A stretch of 64,000 nt of DNA. Origin: Alphaproteobacteria bacterium. Lineage in GTDB: Bacteria; Pseudomonadota; Alphaproteobacteria; MPNO01; UBA830. How positions within the stretch are numbered: the stretch's first letter is position 1; every line of letters begins with the position of its first letter. The notes beneath the pieces are model-generated. The model was not told where the DNA came from, ran no database searches, and saw only the letters and a program-made list of their open reading frames with translations. Positions 28,236 to 38,160 of this stretch are shown piece after piece. The position numbers and the translations under genes were made by a program. The stretch lies in NCBI GenBank assembly GCA_965243135.1, contig OZ251539.1:2080001-2144000 (forward strand). The letters run 5' to 3'.

Positions 28236-29105
28236 TCAGCCGCGGAAGCCGTACAGCGCCGCGGGATTGTCCACGAGCAACTTGCGCCGGGTCGCCGGGT
28301 CGGGCGCGTAACGCGGCAGAAGATCGACGAGGTCTCCGTCGTCCGGCATGCCCGTCCAGAGATTCGGGTGCGGCCAATCCGTTCCCCACAGGACGCGGTC
28401 CGAACCGGCCTCGATGACCGCTTGGGCGAAAGGGACCACATCGTCGTAGGGCGGCCCTCCGCGCGAAAGACGTTCGGCGCAGGAAATCTTGACCCACGCG
28501 TTCTCGTTCCGCATGAAGTCGAGCAGCAGGCGAAACGGTTCCGATTCGACGCCTTCGGCGACGTCGACGCGAATCATGTGGTCGAAGACCAGCGGCAATC
28601 GAAAGTCGCGCAATTCCCTTTCGAAGGCAACGATGTCCCGCGCTTCGATATAGACTACGATATGCCATCCGAATTGCTCCACCCTCTCCGCGACCCGGCG
28701 CACCCGGTCGAAATCGGGAGAGCCGCCGAGATGGCGCGCGAAACTGAAGCGAACGCCGCGAATACCGCCTGCATGGAGTTCCGCGAAGTCCTCCTCCGCG
28801 AAGCTTTCGTCGACGATCGCGACGCCGCGCCAACGTCCGCCCGAAGCGGCGACGGCTTCGAGCGTGGCGGAATTGTCGGTTCCGTGGCAGGTCGCCTGCA
28901 CGATGACGGCCCTGTCCAGACCGAGAAGGCCATGCAATCTGCGCAGCCGTTCCCCGGGCGCGTCGACCGGTCGGTAGGTGGCGTCCGGATGGTAAGGAAA
29001 CCGCTCCGAAGGCCCGAACACATGTACATGGCTGTCGCATGCGCCGGGCGGAGGAACGAATTCCGGTTTTCGCGGACATGGATGAGGCGGCGGCGGATAT
29101 TTCAT
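28236..29105 (-). CDS. LigI-like amidohydrolase (2-pyrone-4,6-dicarboxylate lactonase family)
   Basis: CDSHVHVFGP, QATCHGTDN, FDHM, WGTDWPHPN. Confidence 0.85.
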   Translation of the reverse strand: MKYPPPPHPCPRKPEFVPPPGACDSHVHVFGPSERFPYHPDATYRPVDAPGERLRRLHGLLGLDRAVIVQATCHGTDNSATLEAVAASGGRWRGVAIVDESFAEEDFAELHAGGIRGVRFSFARHLGGSPDFDRVRRVAERVEQFGWHIVVYIEARDIVAFERELRDFRLPLVFDHMIRVDVAEGVESEPFRLLLDFMRNENAWVKISCAERLSRGGPPYDDVVPFAQAVIEAGSDRVLWGTDWPHPNLWTGMPDDGDLVDLLPRYAPDPATRRKLLVDNPAALYGFRG

Positions 29106-29229
29106 CGCATGGTCCCGGCAGGTTCTCGCGCCGGACTCTTAGGCGATGCCTTTTCCGGTCGCAAGGAACGGCCGACCCGCCTCCTTGACGGGCGCTTTCG
29201 ACAGCACAGCGGCAAGGAAAGCGTTTCCC

Positions 29230-30000
29230 GGGACTGCGGCGCTCGTCGTTCTCGTCGTTCTTCCCTTCGGGTTCCTTTCCTACTTCCTCCGCAACGTGAA
29301 TGCCGTCGTCGCGCCGCAGATCGTCGCGGACCGCCCGCCCCGGAAATCGGTTCACTGAGGAGCCTGTAATTCCTTTCCGCCGCGTTGGTTCTCGTTCCTG
29401 TCGCTGTCGCGCTCGATCGCTACGGACCGCGTCGCGTCCTGATGGCGCAAACGGCGATCGCCGCTTCAGGCCGCATTCTCTTCGCCGCCGGGAACGGCGT
29501 CGAGACATTGGCCTGCGGCCGCGCCGCTTCGGCGTCGCGGATCGCCTGACCACCGCGTTCAAGGCCGTAACCGTGCCGCGCAACCGGTGGGCGACGGGAA
29601 ATTCGCTCGTGCCGACCATCGGCGGTCTCGGCGTGCGGCACGCGTCCGCTTCAATGGGGCCTCAAGACCGCCGGTTGGCGCGAAGTCTTCTTGTTGACCG
29701 GGGCAACGCGTCCGGCGGCGCTCGCCGCCGTCGTGCCGGAAAGAAACGCCGAGGTCCGCGGAGGCGGTGCGTCCAGCGTTTCAATCAACCGCGCATCCCG
29801 CGTCCCGGCGACTCATGCCCGTGGCGTCCCTGACGATGGCGGACTTCTTTTCGCTTCAGGGACTCTGGGCCAACGGATGGGCCGGCCTGACGCAGGCCGG
29901 AGCCCGGCTTCCGGCGGTCGCGACGTCGCTCGGCGCAACGTTCGTTCTCCGGATCGGCCGTTTCGCATGGTTTCTCGCCGCGCGCGAAGCCTGGCGTCCG
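29230..30000 (+). pseudogene. Heavily decayed MFS transporter
   Basis: Fragments in different frames: FLSYFLRNVNAVVAPQI*, LTTAFKA...NSLVPTIGGLG, LMPVASLTMADFFSLQGLWANGW. Confidence 0.65.
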
Positions 30001-30312
30001 CCCGGCGACGTTTCCGCGGAGCAACGCCGCAACGTGATATGATCCTCGAACGTGCGGAAGCGTCCCTGTCGGGTGCGGACGGCGCGCGGTACGGCGCTCA
30101 CGCTTGCGGGCCATCGTTCCTGCGAGACCGGCGCCGCGAAGACGCGGGCGGTCGGCCGGCGGACTTTCCCGGCGCCGGAAACAGTCCGAGCGTCGTCGGC
30201 GCGTTGCCGGCGCAGCGCGTCGAATGCCGGAAGGGTCTCGGGCTCGGGGCCTCCGGTTTGGGAACTTGCGGACGCCGGAACGCAGTAACCGGAACAGTTG
30301 CGGGGCACGGCC

Positions 30313-31227
30313 GTGAATCACGCGAACCAAAGGATTTGCATCGAGGGCGAGGATTACGGCGCGATCGACATCGTCTGCAACGCCTTCACTCCCGAAGCCT
30401 CGCGGAACGGATGGATGGCGGTCGACCGGAAATTTCGCGAAAGGGTGCGCGTGCGCCCGGAGCACCGCGACGGCGTTCCGCCCGACGTCCATGTGGAAAT
30501 GATGGAGCGCGCCGGCATAGAACGCTCCTTCCTGGTGGCGTCTCGTTCCGGCGATCTGCGGATCCAGGGTTCGGCGCACATGCCCGCCGAATACGTCGCC
30601 CGCCTCGTCCGCGACCGTCCCGACAGATATTCCGGACTGATCGGCATCGACGCCTCGCGCATTATGGACAGCCTCGCCGAGGTCGAGCGCGCCGTCCGCG
30701 AAATGGGCTTCGTCGGCGCTCATCTCTATCCGCATTGGTTCGAAGAACCGCCCGATGCCCCGAGATTCTACCCGTTCTACGCCAAATGCTGCGAACTCGA
30801 CGTGCCGGTCATGATCCAGGTCGGCCATTGCCTGGTCTACAACCCGCATCGCCGCCTGCCGAGCGTCGGACGGCCGATCTGTCTCGACCGGATCGCGATC
30901 GACTTTCCCGAATTAACTCTGATCGGCATTCATATCGGGTATCCATGGCACGAGGAAATGGTATCGGTGGCCTGGAAGCACGAAAACGTCCATATCGGTC
31001 TGGACGCGCACGCTCCCGCGCACTGGCCGGAGGCGACCCGACGTTTCATGAATTCGTTGGGGCAAGAGAAGGTGCTGTTCGGCACGGACTGGCCGGTGGT
31101 CGATCCGGAACGCGCCATGCGCGAGGTCGCGGAACTGTCGTGGAAATCCGAGGCGAAGCGCAAGGTGCTGCGGGACAACGCGATGAAATTGTTTGACTTG
31201 CCAGCTACGGAGATCGCCGTACCGTAG
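30313..31227 (+). CDS. Amidohydrolase_2 family protein
   Basis: HLYPHWF, PFYAKCCELDVP, HIGYPW, FGTDWP. Confidence 0.88.
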   Translation: MNHANQRICIEGEDYGAIDIVCNAFTPEASRNGWMAVDRKFRERVRVRPEHRDGVPPDVHVEMMERAGIERSFLVASRSGDLRIQGSAHMPAEYVARLVRDRPDRYSGLIGIDASRIMDSLAEVERAVREMGFVGAHLYPHWFEEPPDAPRFYPFYAKCCELDVPVMIQVGHCLVYNPHRRLPSVGRPICLDRIAIDFPELTLIGIHIGYPWHEEMVSVAWKHENVHIGLDAHAPAHWPEATRRFMNSLGQEKVLFGTDWPVVDPERAMREVAELSWKSEAKRKVLRDNAMKLFDLPATEIAVP

Positions 31228-31436
31228 GTTGCGGACGGCGAACTGTCCGTCTCGACGAAACGGCAGGCGTGAGAAAGCCGGTTTTTCCTTGGCGTCCACG
31301 GCATGGCGCGGCCCGCGAACGCGATCCGTCGAGCCCGCCCGCCGGTCATGTCCGACCGGAGCGACAAGAACGGCCGCAATTTTCCAGACAGGCCGGTACG
31401 GCCGACTATCGCATGAACTGAAAGGCCGCCGCGCGA

Positions 31437-32060
31437 TTAAGCGCGCGTTTCCGGGGCGTCGAACGCTTCCGCCACCTTTACCGAGAAGCCGTCGAGCAGC
31501 GCGGAGTGCGTCACCTCGCCGCGCCGGAACACGCCGCGCTCCGAATAGGCGACGCCATCGAGCGTAAGCACGGTGATCGTTTCATCGCGCGGATCGACAA
31601 TCCAGTACTCTTGGATGCCTGCTTCGGCATAGTCGGCGCGCTTATCAACCAGATCCCTGTCCGGGTCGTCGGGGCTGACGATTTCGACCGCCAGATCCGC
31701 ACCCAGCCAGTAGCGGTCCTGGCGCCGTGGATCCGAGCGGTCTCGCAGAAGCAACAGATCGGGTTCGCGGAATTTGCCCTCGCGAACGCGCATCCGCAGG
31801 ACCGAAAACCTGACGACGCCGCCGCGCGGACCCAGCCAGGCGCGAAACAGGTCGTTAAGGAATGCAAGGACGGCTTGGTGCGCATCCGTGGGCGCAGGTA
31901 ATTCCTCGATATAGCCGTCGGTGAATTCGACCGAGCGACGACTATGGTCGGTGAGCCATAGATACGCCTGATCGCTCCAGCATCCCTGGCGAGGCAACAG
32001 GTCTCCCAGCAAAGCGTTGAATGCGGCATCAACCCCGGACACCGCCGCATCGGGCGCCAT
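31437..32060 (-). CDS. Uma2-family PD-(D/E)XK endonuclease-like protein
   Basis: EFTDG, REPDL, DLAVEIVSP, KRADYAEAGIQEYWIVDP. Confidence 0.9.
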   Translation of the reverse strand: MAPDAAVSGVDAAFNALLGDLLPRQGCWSDQAYLWLTDHSRRSVEFTDGYIEELPAPTDAHQAVLAFLNDLFRAWLGPRGGVVRFSVLRMRVREGKFREPDLLLLRDRSDPRRQDRYWLGADLAVEIVSPDDPDRDLVDKRADYAEAGIQEYWIVDPRDETITVLTLDGVAYSERGVFRRGEVTHSALLDGFSVKVAEAFDAPETRA

Positions 32061-32479
32061 CCGGGCTGAATCGACCGTCACCTCTTTGTCTCCCCCGCGA
32101 CCTCCCAAGGATTCATCGGAACTGTAATTATGCGCCTTGTCGGCATGCCGCATCACCCCCTTCATCCTTCCGGCGCAAGGCGGCGGTCCTTTCGAACGCT
32201 ACGGCCACGCCCAGTTGCTTGCTCCAACGATTATCCCGCCTTCGGCTGCTTCGGCACGATCCCTCGCCGCGGCTCCGCTGGCGATCACGCACCGGACATG
32301 TCGCTGCGATCCCCGGTTTCCGTTCCATGTCCTTTTCAACGCGCAGCCGCTTCCCGGTCTGCAACGGAAGCGTTCGACATAGCCTTGCGCTGCACGACCG
32401 TCGGCGGCGAGACGCCAGCCCTGCCGCCGCTCGTCCCGAAACCCTGATACCGGCAGACGTTTTCCGCGCAAACAACCGG

Positions 32480-33940
32480 TCAGGAACGCTCTTCCGAATC
32501 CGCGAATCGAACGCGGGAAAAGCGTTCCGCAAGGTCGGCCTTCCGAATCTTTCCGAGCGCGTTTCTCGGCAGGTTCTCGACCCGAAGGATTCGCCGGGGA
32601 ACCTTGTACGGCGCAAGACCGCTCCGGCAGTGCGCCATCAGCTCGTCCACTGAAGCGGCGCCCACGAAGCATGCGGCAATTTCCTCGCCCAGCTCGGTAG
32701 ACGGAACCCCGACCACCGCAGCGTCCGTCACCTCGGGATGCGCCAGAAGAACGGCCTCCACGTCCACCGGATACACCGTCACGCCGCCGCGGTCGATCGT
32801 CTCCCTGCCGCGTCCCGCAAGATGGAGGAATCCGTTTCGGTCGAATTTTCCCAGATCGCCGGGATAGAACCAGCCGTCTCGAAACGCGCCGCTCTCCGGT
32901 TCGCGAAAGAATTCGGTCGCGACTCCGGGTCCGCGATAACGGATGCGGCCGGTTTCCTCCGCGGGCACCTCCTCGTGGTCGCCGTCCACGATCTGAACAT
33001 CCGTACCGAACACGACCCGGCCCACCGACCCCGCAGCCTCCGGGCCGTGAACGGGAGTCAGAATCGAGACGCCGCCTCCTTCCGTCGATCCGTAATAGTT
33101 GACGAAAAACGGACACAGGTTCTGCATCACGCTGCGCCGTTCGCTTTCGTGCAAGACAGCTCCGGTGGACAGCAACAGACGCAACCCCGGAAAAAGCGGC
33201 GCGGCGCCGGCCGCTTCCGCCAGCAAACGGCGCAGAATCGTCGGCACCAGCAGCGTCGTCGTCGCTCCCGTTGCGCCCGCGGCTTCGACCAGCCCGCGCG
33301 CGTCGTACGGCGGGGGAAACATGACGGCGGTGGCGCCGCACCAGATCGCGCTCATGGAGAACGAGCGTCCGCCCCCGAAATACAGAGGCGTGGCGGAGAG
33401 ATAGCGATCGTGCTCGGTAAATCCCAGCGAAACGAACTGCGTCATCCACCGCGCCCGCATCTGATCGTGGGTCAGCGCCGGCCCTTTCGGCGTTCCCGTG
33501 GTGCCCGACGACAGGCAAAGCGCCATCGGAGCGGAGCCGTCCTCGGGAAACGTCCCGCCTGCATCCGCCGCGTCCGCCTCGGCGCGGAAGCGTTCGTCGA
33601 CCGCGATGCCTCCGCCCTCCTCCGCTTCGACAAGCGTGGCCGCGGCTCCGAAGCCCTCGGCGACGTTCCGCTTCTCGTATGCGCTCCAACGATGATCGAC
33701 AGGCAGGATGATTCCGCCCATGCGAGCGATGGCCCAGTTCGCGACCAGGTGGTCGGCGGTATCGCGAAGCGCGACCGCGACGACATCGCCCGGCGAGAAC
33801 CCCGAATCGAGCAAATGCCCGGCCCACCTGCGAACCCTGACCGCCAGCGCTCTATGGGTGACGACGCGCCCGCCCTCGATTATCGCAGGGTGAGCGGGTC
33901 TGCGCCGAGCCTGATGGTCGAGCATGGAGGCAAGATTCAC
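32480..33940 (-). CDS. AMP-binding acyl-CoA synthetase
   Basis: SSGTTGTPKG, YGSTEG, GDLG, PRNALGK. Confidence 0.9.
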   Translation of the reverse strand: MNLASMLDHQARRRPAHPAIIEGGRVVTHRALAVRVRRWAGHLLDSGFSPGDVVAVALRDTADHLVANWAIARMGGIILPVDHRWSAYEKRNVAEGFGAAATLVEAEEGGGIAVDERFRAEADAADAGGTFPEDGSAPMALCLSSGTTGTPKGPALTHDQMRARWMTQFVSLGFTEHDRYLSATPLYFGGGRSFSMSAIWCGATAVMFPPPYDARGLVEAAGATGATTTLLVPTILRRLLAEAAGAAPLFPGLRLLLSTGAVLHESERRSVMQNLCPFFVNYYGSTEGGGVSILTPVHGPEAAGSVGRVVFGTDVQIVDGDHEEVPAEETGRIRYRGPGVATEFFREPESGAFRDGWFYPGDLGKFDRNGFLHLAGRGRETIDRGGVTVYPVDVEAVLLAHPEVTDAAVVGVPSTELGEEIAACFVGAASVDELMAHCRSGLAPYKVPRRILRVENLPRNALGKIRKADLAERFSRVRFADSEERS

Positions 33941-34430
33941 GGCGGACGCTCCGGTCCGAACGGAAGATCCCGCGTTATACGATTCTTCGCTCGCGCTTTT
34001 CCCGAAACGTTCCTGCAGGCGCGATTCCTGACGGCGCTGCCTCGGTCGGCGGGCCGCCGGCTACGCCGAGGAAACGACCGACGGCCTTCGGGGCAACCCG
34101 CGCCGCTGCGAGGCGATCCTTCGAACGCGCTGCGGTAGCCGGAACGCGCCCACGCTCCGAAACGGAAAGGCGTCTCCGGAATTCCCCTCGCCGGACGTCC
34201 TTCGTTCTCCCGGAAAGGCCTGCGTTCCGGATTCGTAGCCTCCCCGCATCGACGAAACCGAAACGAACGGCGGCGCGGGAGCCGCGACCGCTTCCGAATC
34301 CCGGTCGAATGTCCGCAACCTCCTTTGGGCCGCAGCGCGTTGTCCGGCGCCATAACGGACGACCGCCGCTCGACGGCCGCCCTGCCCCGAAGTTCCCGTT
34401 GTCGGCAAGAAAACCGGCAGGCAGGCCGCA

Positions 34431-35450
34431 TCAAAGGGAACTTTCCGCATCGCCCTCGGCAAACATGCGCTTCCATATTTCCCGCGCCAAATTATGAAAA
34501 TCTTTTTTGGCAGCTACAACCGCAGCTGCATGCGCGCCGATGGCTCCGTCGGCCGGCGTCAACTTGAATATCGGTTTCCGCGCTTCCCGAGCCATCGAAA
34601 CGAGACTTCGATAATGCTTTACGGTCGCTAGGCAGTTATGATCGTCCGAAGGAGTTCCAAGATATTGGCGTTCTCCCTTCTCACCGAACCGCAACGCATA
34701 TTCCGTCGGCATTTTGTTGACCCACTTATCGCAAGCCTTCACCGGATTTCCCAAGCGATATCCATGCTGTTGAACGGTGTAGCCGATCGGCTTCATATAG
34801 CCATTGGGCAACTTCATGTCCGCCGAGCCCGATGGATTCCAGCCATTGCGGCGCGTTAACCATCCGCTCCGCCATCCGTTCAAGGTTGGCCCCAGGTTGC
34901 GCAGTCCCCGAAAGGAAAAAAGATCCGCGCCGAGAGGCGTGACGACGAAGTCGGTTGCGATCAGGACGGAACGGTTGAGCGCGTCGAGATTGGGACCGAC
35001 GTCCGCAAGAACGACATTGGCATTCACGCTCTTCGCCCCGTTCTGCATTACCTGCCAGAACGCCGTAAGCGCGCGAAACGCCGACTCAACGTTGCCGAGC
35101 GCATTCCGCCATTCGATCGACAGGTTGTCTTCGAGGCCCGAGAGGGCTGGATCGCCGGGAACGAGGCCCAGGGTTTCGGAAATCATGCGGACTTCCGGTT
35201 CGTTGAGATCGCCCTCCCGGATCGACGGCGCCGCGCATTGATGAATTGTGCGATTTTTTTGGTCGCCGCGCCAAAGCGCTTCCAGAGCATCCTCGTCGAG
35301 AAAGGAAGCCGTCAACCCGGCCTGCGGATCGAGATCGCAGGCAAGGACTCGCTTGCCTTTTTCCGAAAGCATCCATGCCAAATGGTAGACGAGCGAGGTC
35401 TTGCCGACTCCGCGCCTGTCGCTGAAGAAGGTAAGGACAGGAACCGTCAC
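34431..35450 (-). CDS. ParA/AAA_31-family ATPase with altered deviant Walker A
   Basis: RRGVGKTS (canonical KGGVGKT), CDLDPQ, ADVGPNL. Confidence 0.85.
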   Translation of the reverse strand: MTVPVLTFFSDRRGVGKTSLVYHLAWMLSEKGKRVLACDLDPQAGLTASFLDEDALEALWRGDQKNRTIHQCAAPSIREGDLNEPEVRMISETLGLVPGDPALSGLEDNLSIEWRNALGNVESAFRALTAFWQVMQNGAKSVNANVVLADVGPNLDALNRSVLIATDFVVTPLGADLFSFRGLRNLGPTLNGWRSGWLTRRNGWNPSGSADMKLPNGYMKPIGYTVQQHGYRLGNPVKACDKWVNKMPTEYALRFGEKGERQYLGTPSDDHNCLATVKHYRSLVSMAREARKPIFKLTPADGAIGAHAAAVVAAKKDFHNLAREIWKRMFAEGDAESSL

Positions 35451-36670
35451 CGACGAGTTTCCTCCGTCCGGGATGCTCGCACAGTGGCGAGAACATGGGT
35501 TGGCTGCGCCTCGAACTCCGCTTCGGGGCAGCCGGAATCCCGCAACGACCGTTGCGCAATTGGAATGCCGACCCCGAACCTCTGAACGAAGCCCAGCGCC
35601 TTCATCGCCTCGGCCAGATTAGGATTTCGATAATCGGTGATCCCTGGATCTCCGAAATTCTCCCGGGTAACGGCCCCGAAAGGACCGCCGGGATTCTGGA
35701 TCTCGATCCGGTCGTCGAACCAGGTCACCCGAACCGGGGCGTTCGTCGCATCGTAACTGCGATGCATGACGGCGTTTCGCACCAGTTGCTGCAGAGCCGC
35801 CAGAGGAAAGTTTTCCGTTCGAACTTCCAGCTGCCGACTTACCAGGTCGACGCCGCGACGATTGTGAGCGCGCAGCTTTTCCTCGATACCCCGCAGCATC
35901 TCTGAAACCGTTCCGTCGTATTCGGCCGAATCGACGATCTCGTCGGCAAGAGTCGCGCCTTCGATGCGCAGAAACTGGATATAGGCTCCAGGAATGAAGT
36001 CGCGCGGGCATACGCCGAGCACGAGCAGGCCCAATGCCGTTGCGGTTTCTTCGTCGACCGACGAGATCATCTTGGCCGCCGCCAGACGCTGGACAAGACT
36101 GCGGTCGTTCTCCGCCAACGTCTCCGAACTTACCGAATTCGGCAGATATTCGTCCTCGAATCGGCGGGCGCTGAGGTCCGCGATGCCGGAACTCGGCACC
36201 GGACGGAGGTCGAACGGCCGATCGCCGAAGCGCCTTCGCTCGTTCAGAATTCTCTCTTCCTGGGCAGTCGCCATTCCCCGCCGCGGACCGCTTCGCACAT
36301 GGATGGCTCCCCTATATCGAACCGGGGGCGAATCCGAAGGCGATACGGTCGCCACCGCGATCTCTTCGCCTCTCCATGAGCGTTTTTCGACCAGCAGCAC
36401 GGGCGGCGGCAAGATGCTCCCTTCGCTCCGGATATTGGTCAGCGCAAGGAGCGTTTCGTCGGCGACCTCGACCGTCGTCAGATCGTCTCTGAGACCGACC
36501 ACGACGATCCCGGGTTCTTGGGTGCCCGCGAGATCGTTCGCAAAAGCGCAGATGGCTTCCCTGATCTTTTTCGGGGCGCTCCCCTCAAGCCCTTCCTTGA
36601 ATTCGACCCGCGGGCCTTCCCCTCCTTCGATAAGCCGCGCGAGTTCCGCATCGTCGAGTCTCAACGTCAC
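35447..36670 (-). CDS. Schlafen/AlbA_2 domain + HATPase_c_4 (RecG-C-like) protein
   Basis: EGPRVEFKE...ICAFAND; LVRNAVMHRSY, IQNPGG, YRNPNLAE, VQRFGVGI. Confidence 0.85.
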   Translation of the reverse strand: MTLRLDDAELARLIEGGEGPRVEFKEGLEGSAPKKIREAICAFANDLAGTQEPGIVVVGLRDDLTTVEVADETLLALTNIRSEGSILPPPVLLVEKRSWRGEEIAVATVSPSDSPPVRYRGAIHVRSGPRRGMATAQEERILNERRRFGDRPFDLRPVPSSGIADLSARRFEDEYLPNSVSSETLAENDRSLVQRLAAAKMISSVDEETATALGLLVLGVCPRDFIPGAYIQFLRIEGATLADEIVDSAEYDGTVSEMLRGIEEKLRAHNRRGVDLVSRQLEVRTENFPLAALQQLVRNAVMHRSYDATNAPVRVTWFDDRIEIQNPGGPFGAVTRENFGDPGITDYRNPNLAEAMKALGFVQRFGVGIPIAQRSLRDSGCPEAEFEAQPTHVLATVRASRTEETRR

Positions 36671-36925
36671 CTCGCCCTCGCCTGTTCAAAGCCCTCCCGG
36701 AGGCGCGCGAAACTTCGATGCGCTTCGCGTTGACGCCGGCATGAAACGAGGTGCCGCGCGCCGTCCCGTCGCCGCCCGCTTTCCTGGATCCGCAGCGCGC
36801 GCCAAAGCCGCGGATCCGCCTCTGGAAAAAGGCATTTTTCCGATTCCCCATGCATTGCTCGCCCGTTCGCGCGGCAGGGGCCGAGGGCGGAAGCCGGCGC
36901 AGCGCCCGCTCCCGCCCGCACGGGA

Positions 36926-38092
36926 TCAGAGCTTGGTCGGATCGACCTTCGTATAAATGTGCTCGCGCATCAGCCGCTCGTAGACGGCCGTCGCGTCGTC
37001 GAGCTTCGAAGGATCGGGACCGGCCGACGAGAGAATGCCCGCAAGACCGGCATCCTTCACGATTTTCGTCCACTTTCCGATGTTCTTCTGAAACGCCGCG
37101 GCGATCTTCTCCGGATCCTGAGCCTTGAGCTTCCTGGCGTTGTCGATGGCGGTCTTCACTTCGTTCTTCTTGTGCTCTTCCCATAGAGCCCGGATGTCGT
37201 CCCCGCCCTTGCTGACCGCAATTCCCAATGCCGCGGCGGCCTTCTTGGCGGCGATATCGTCGCCTATGTAGCCCTTGACCACGGTTCGCGCGATAGCGCC
37301 AGGCAGAGCGTCCCAGACGATCCGCTTCTGCTCGTCGGTGTAGGCGTCCCAGGCCTTGCGGTTCATTACCATCAGCCCGAGGCCGGAATAGGATCCGAAC
37401 TGATAGTTGATCACCGACTTGAGGGCGTCGTCGATGGGATAGGACTTGATCCACGCCATGGGCCCGATGATGCAATCGATCTGGCCGCGCTTGATCGCTT
37501 CCGGCACGTCCGACATCGTCATGGAAACCGGGGTGCCTCCCAGCGCTCTCGCCCAGCGGCCGAGCGCGCCCGTGGTGCGGAGCTTGAGGTCCTTGAGATC
37601 GGCCACCCTGGCGATCCCCGGCTTGCGGCAAAGAAGCGAGTAGCCTCCCACCCCGTACCCGGCGAGATAGATCGTGCCGTTTTTCTTGTAGTCGTTCAGG
37701 CATTCGGGACAGTCGAAGAAATACGTCTGGTGCGCGGCGCCGTTCATGATCAGCTCGTTCTCGCCCAACATCATCATGTCGGCGATGACGAACGCGTGCT
37801 TGAGGCCGGTCCGCGAATAGCTGGGCACGATCAGCCCCGCCTCCGCCGTGCCGTTGCCGACGGACTTGAGGGTGGCCTTGGCGCTGAAGAGCTGCCCCCC
37901 GGCCACCAGCTTCCAGGGAACGCCTTTCCGGGTCAGCTCTTCGACGAGCGGGGCGATGCCGTGGCGGTTCACGTTGTGCTTCGGCGGCAGCCACTGTCCG
38001 TAAGTGTATGTTTTCTGAGACAACGCGGCGCCGGAACCGGCGATCGTCAGCCCGAAGACGGCCGCGCCGGCAAGTGCGGATCTGAGCTTCAT
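36926..38092 (-). CDS. TRAP transporter substrate-binding protein (DctP family)
   Basis: Signal peptide, DLKDLKLRT, PEAIKRGQID. Confidence 0.88.
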   Translation of the reverse strand: MKLRSALAGAAVFGLTIAGSGAALSQKTYTYGQWLPPKHNVNRHGIAPLVEELTRKGVPWKLVAGGQLFSAKATLKSVGNGTAEAGLIVPSYSRTGLKHAFVIADMMMLGENELIMNGAAHQTYFFDCPECLNDYKKNGTIYLAGYGVGGYSLLCRKPGIARVADLKDLKLRTTGALGRWARALGGTPVSMTMSDVPEAIKRGQIDCIIGPMAWIKSYPIDDALKSVINYQFGSYSGLGLMVMNRKAWDAYTDEQKRIVWDALPGAIARTVVKGYIGDDIAAKKAAAALGIAVSKGGDDIRALWEEHKKNEVKTAIDNARKLKAQDPEKIAAAFQKNIGKWTKIVKDAGLAGILSSAGPDPSKLDDATAVYERLMREHIYTKVDPTKL

Positions 38093-38160
38093 GTTCGTTC
38101 TCCCTCCTGTCCCGTCCTGCGGAACCGATCGATGTTGCGCCTCGCCGCGGAACCGAAGCC

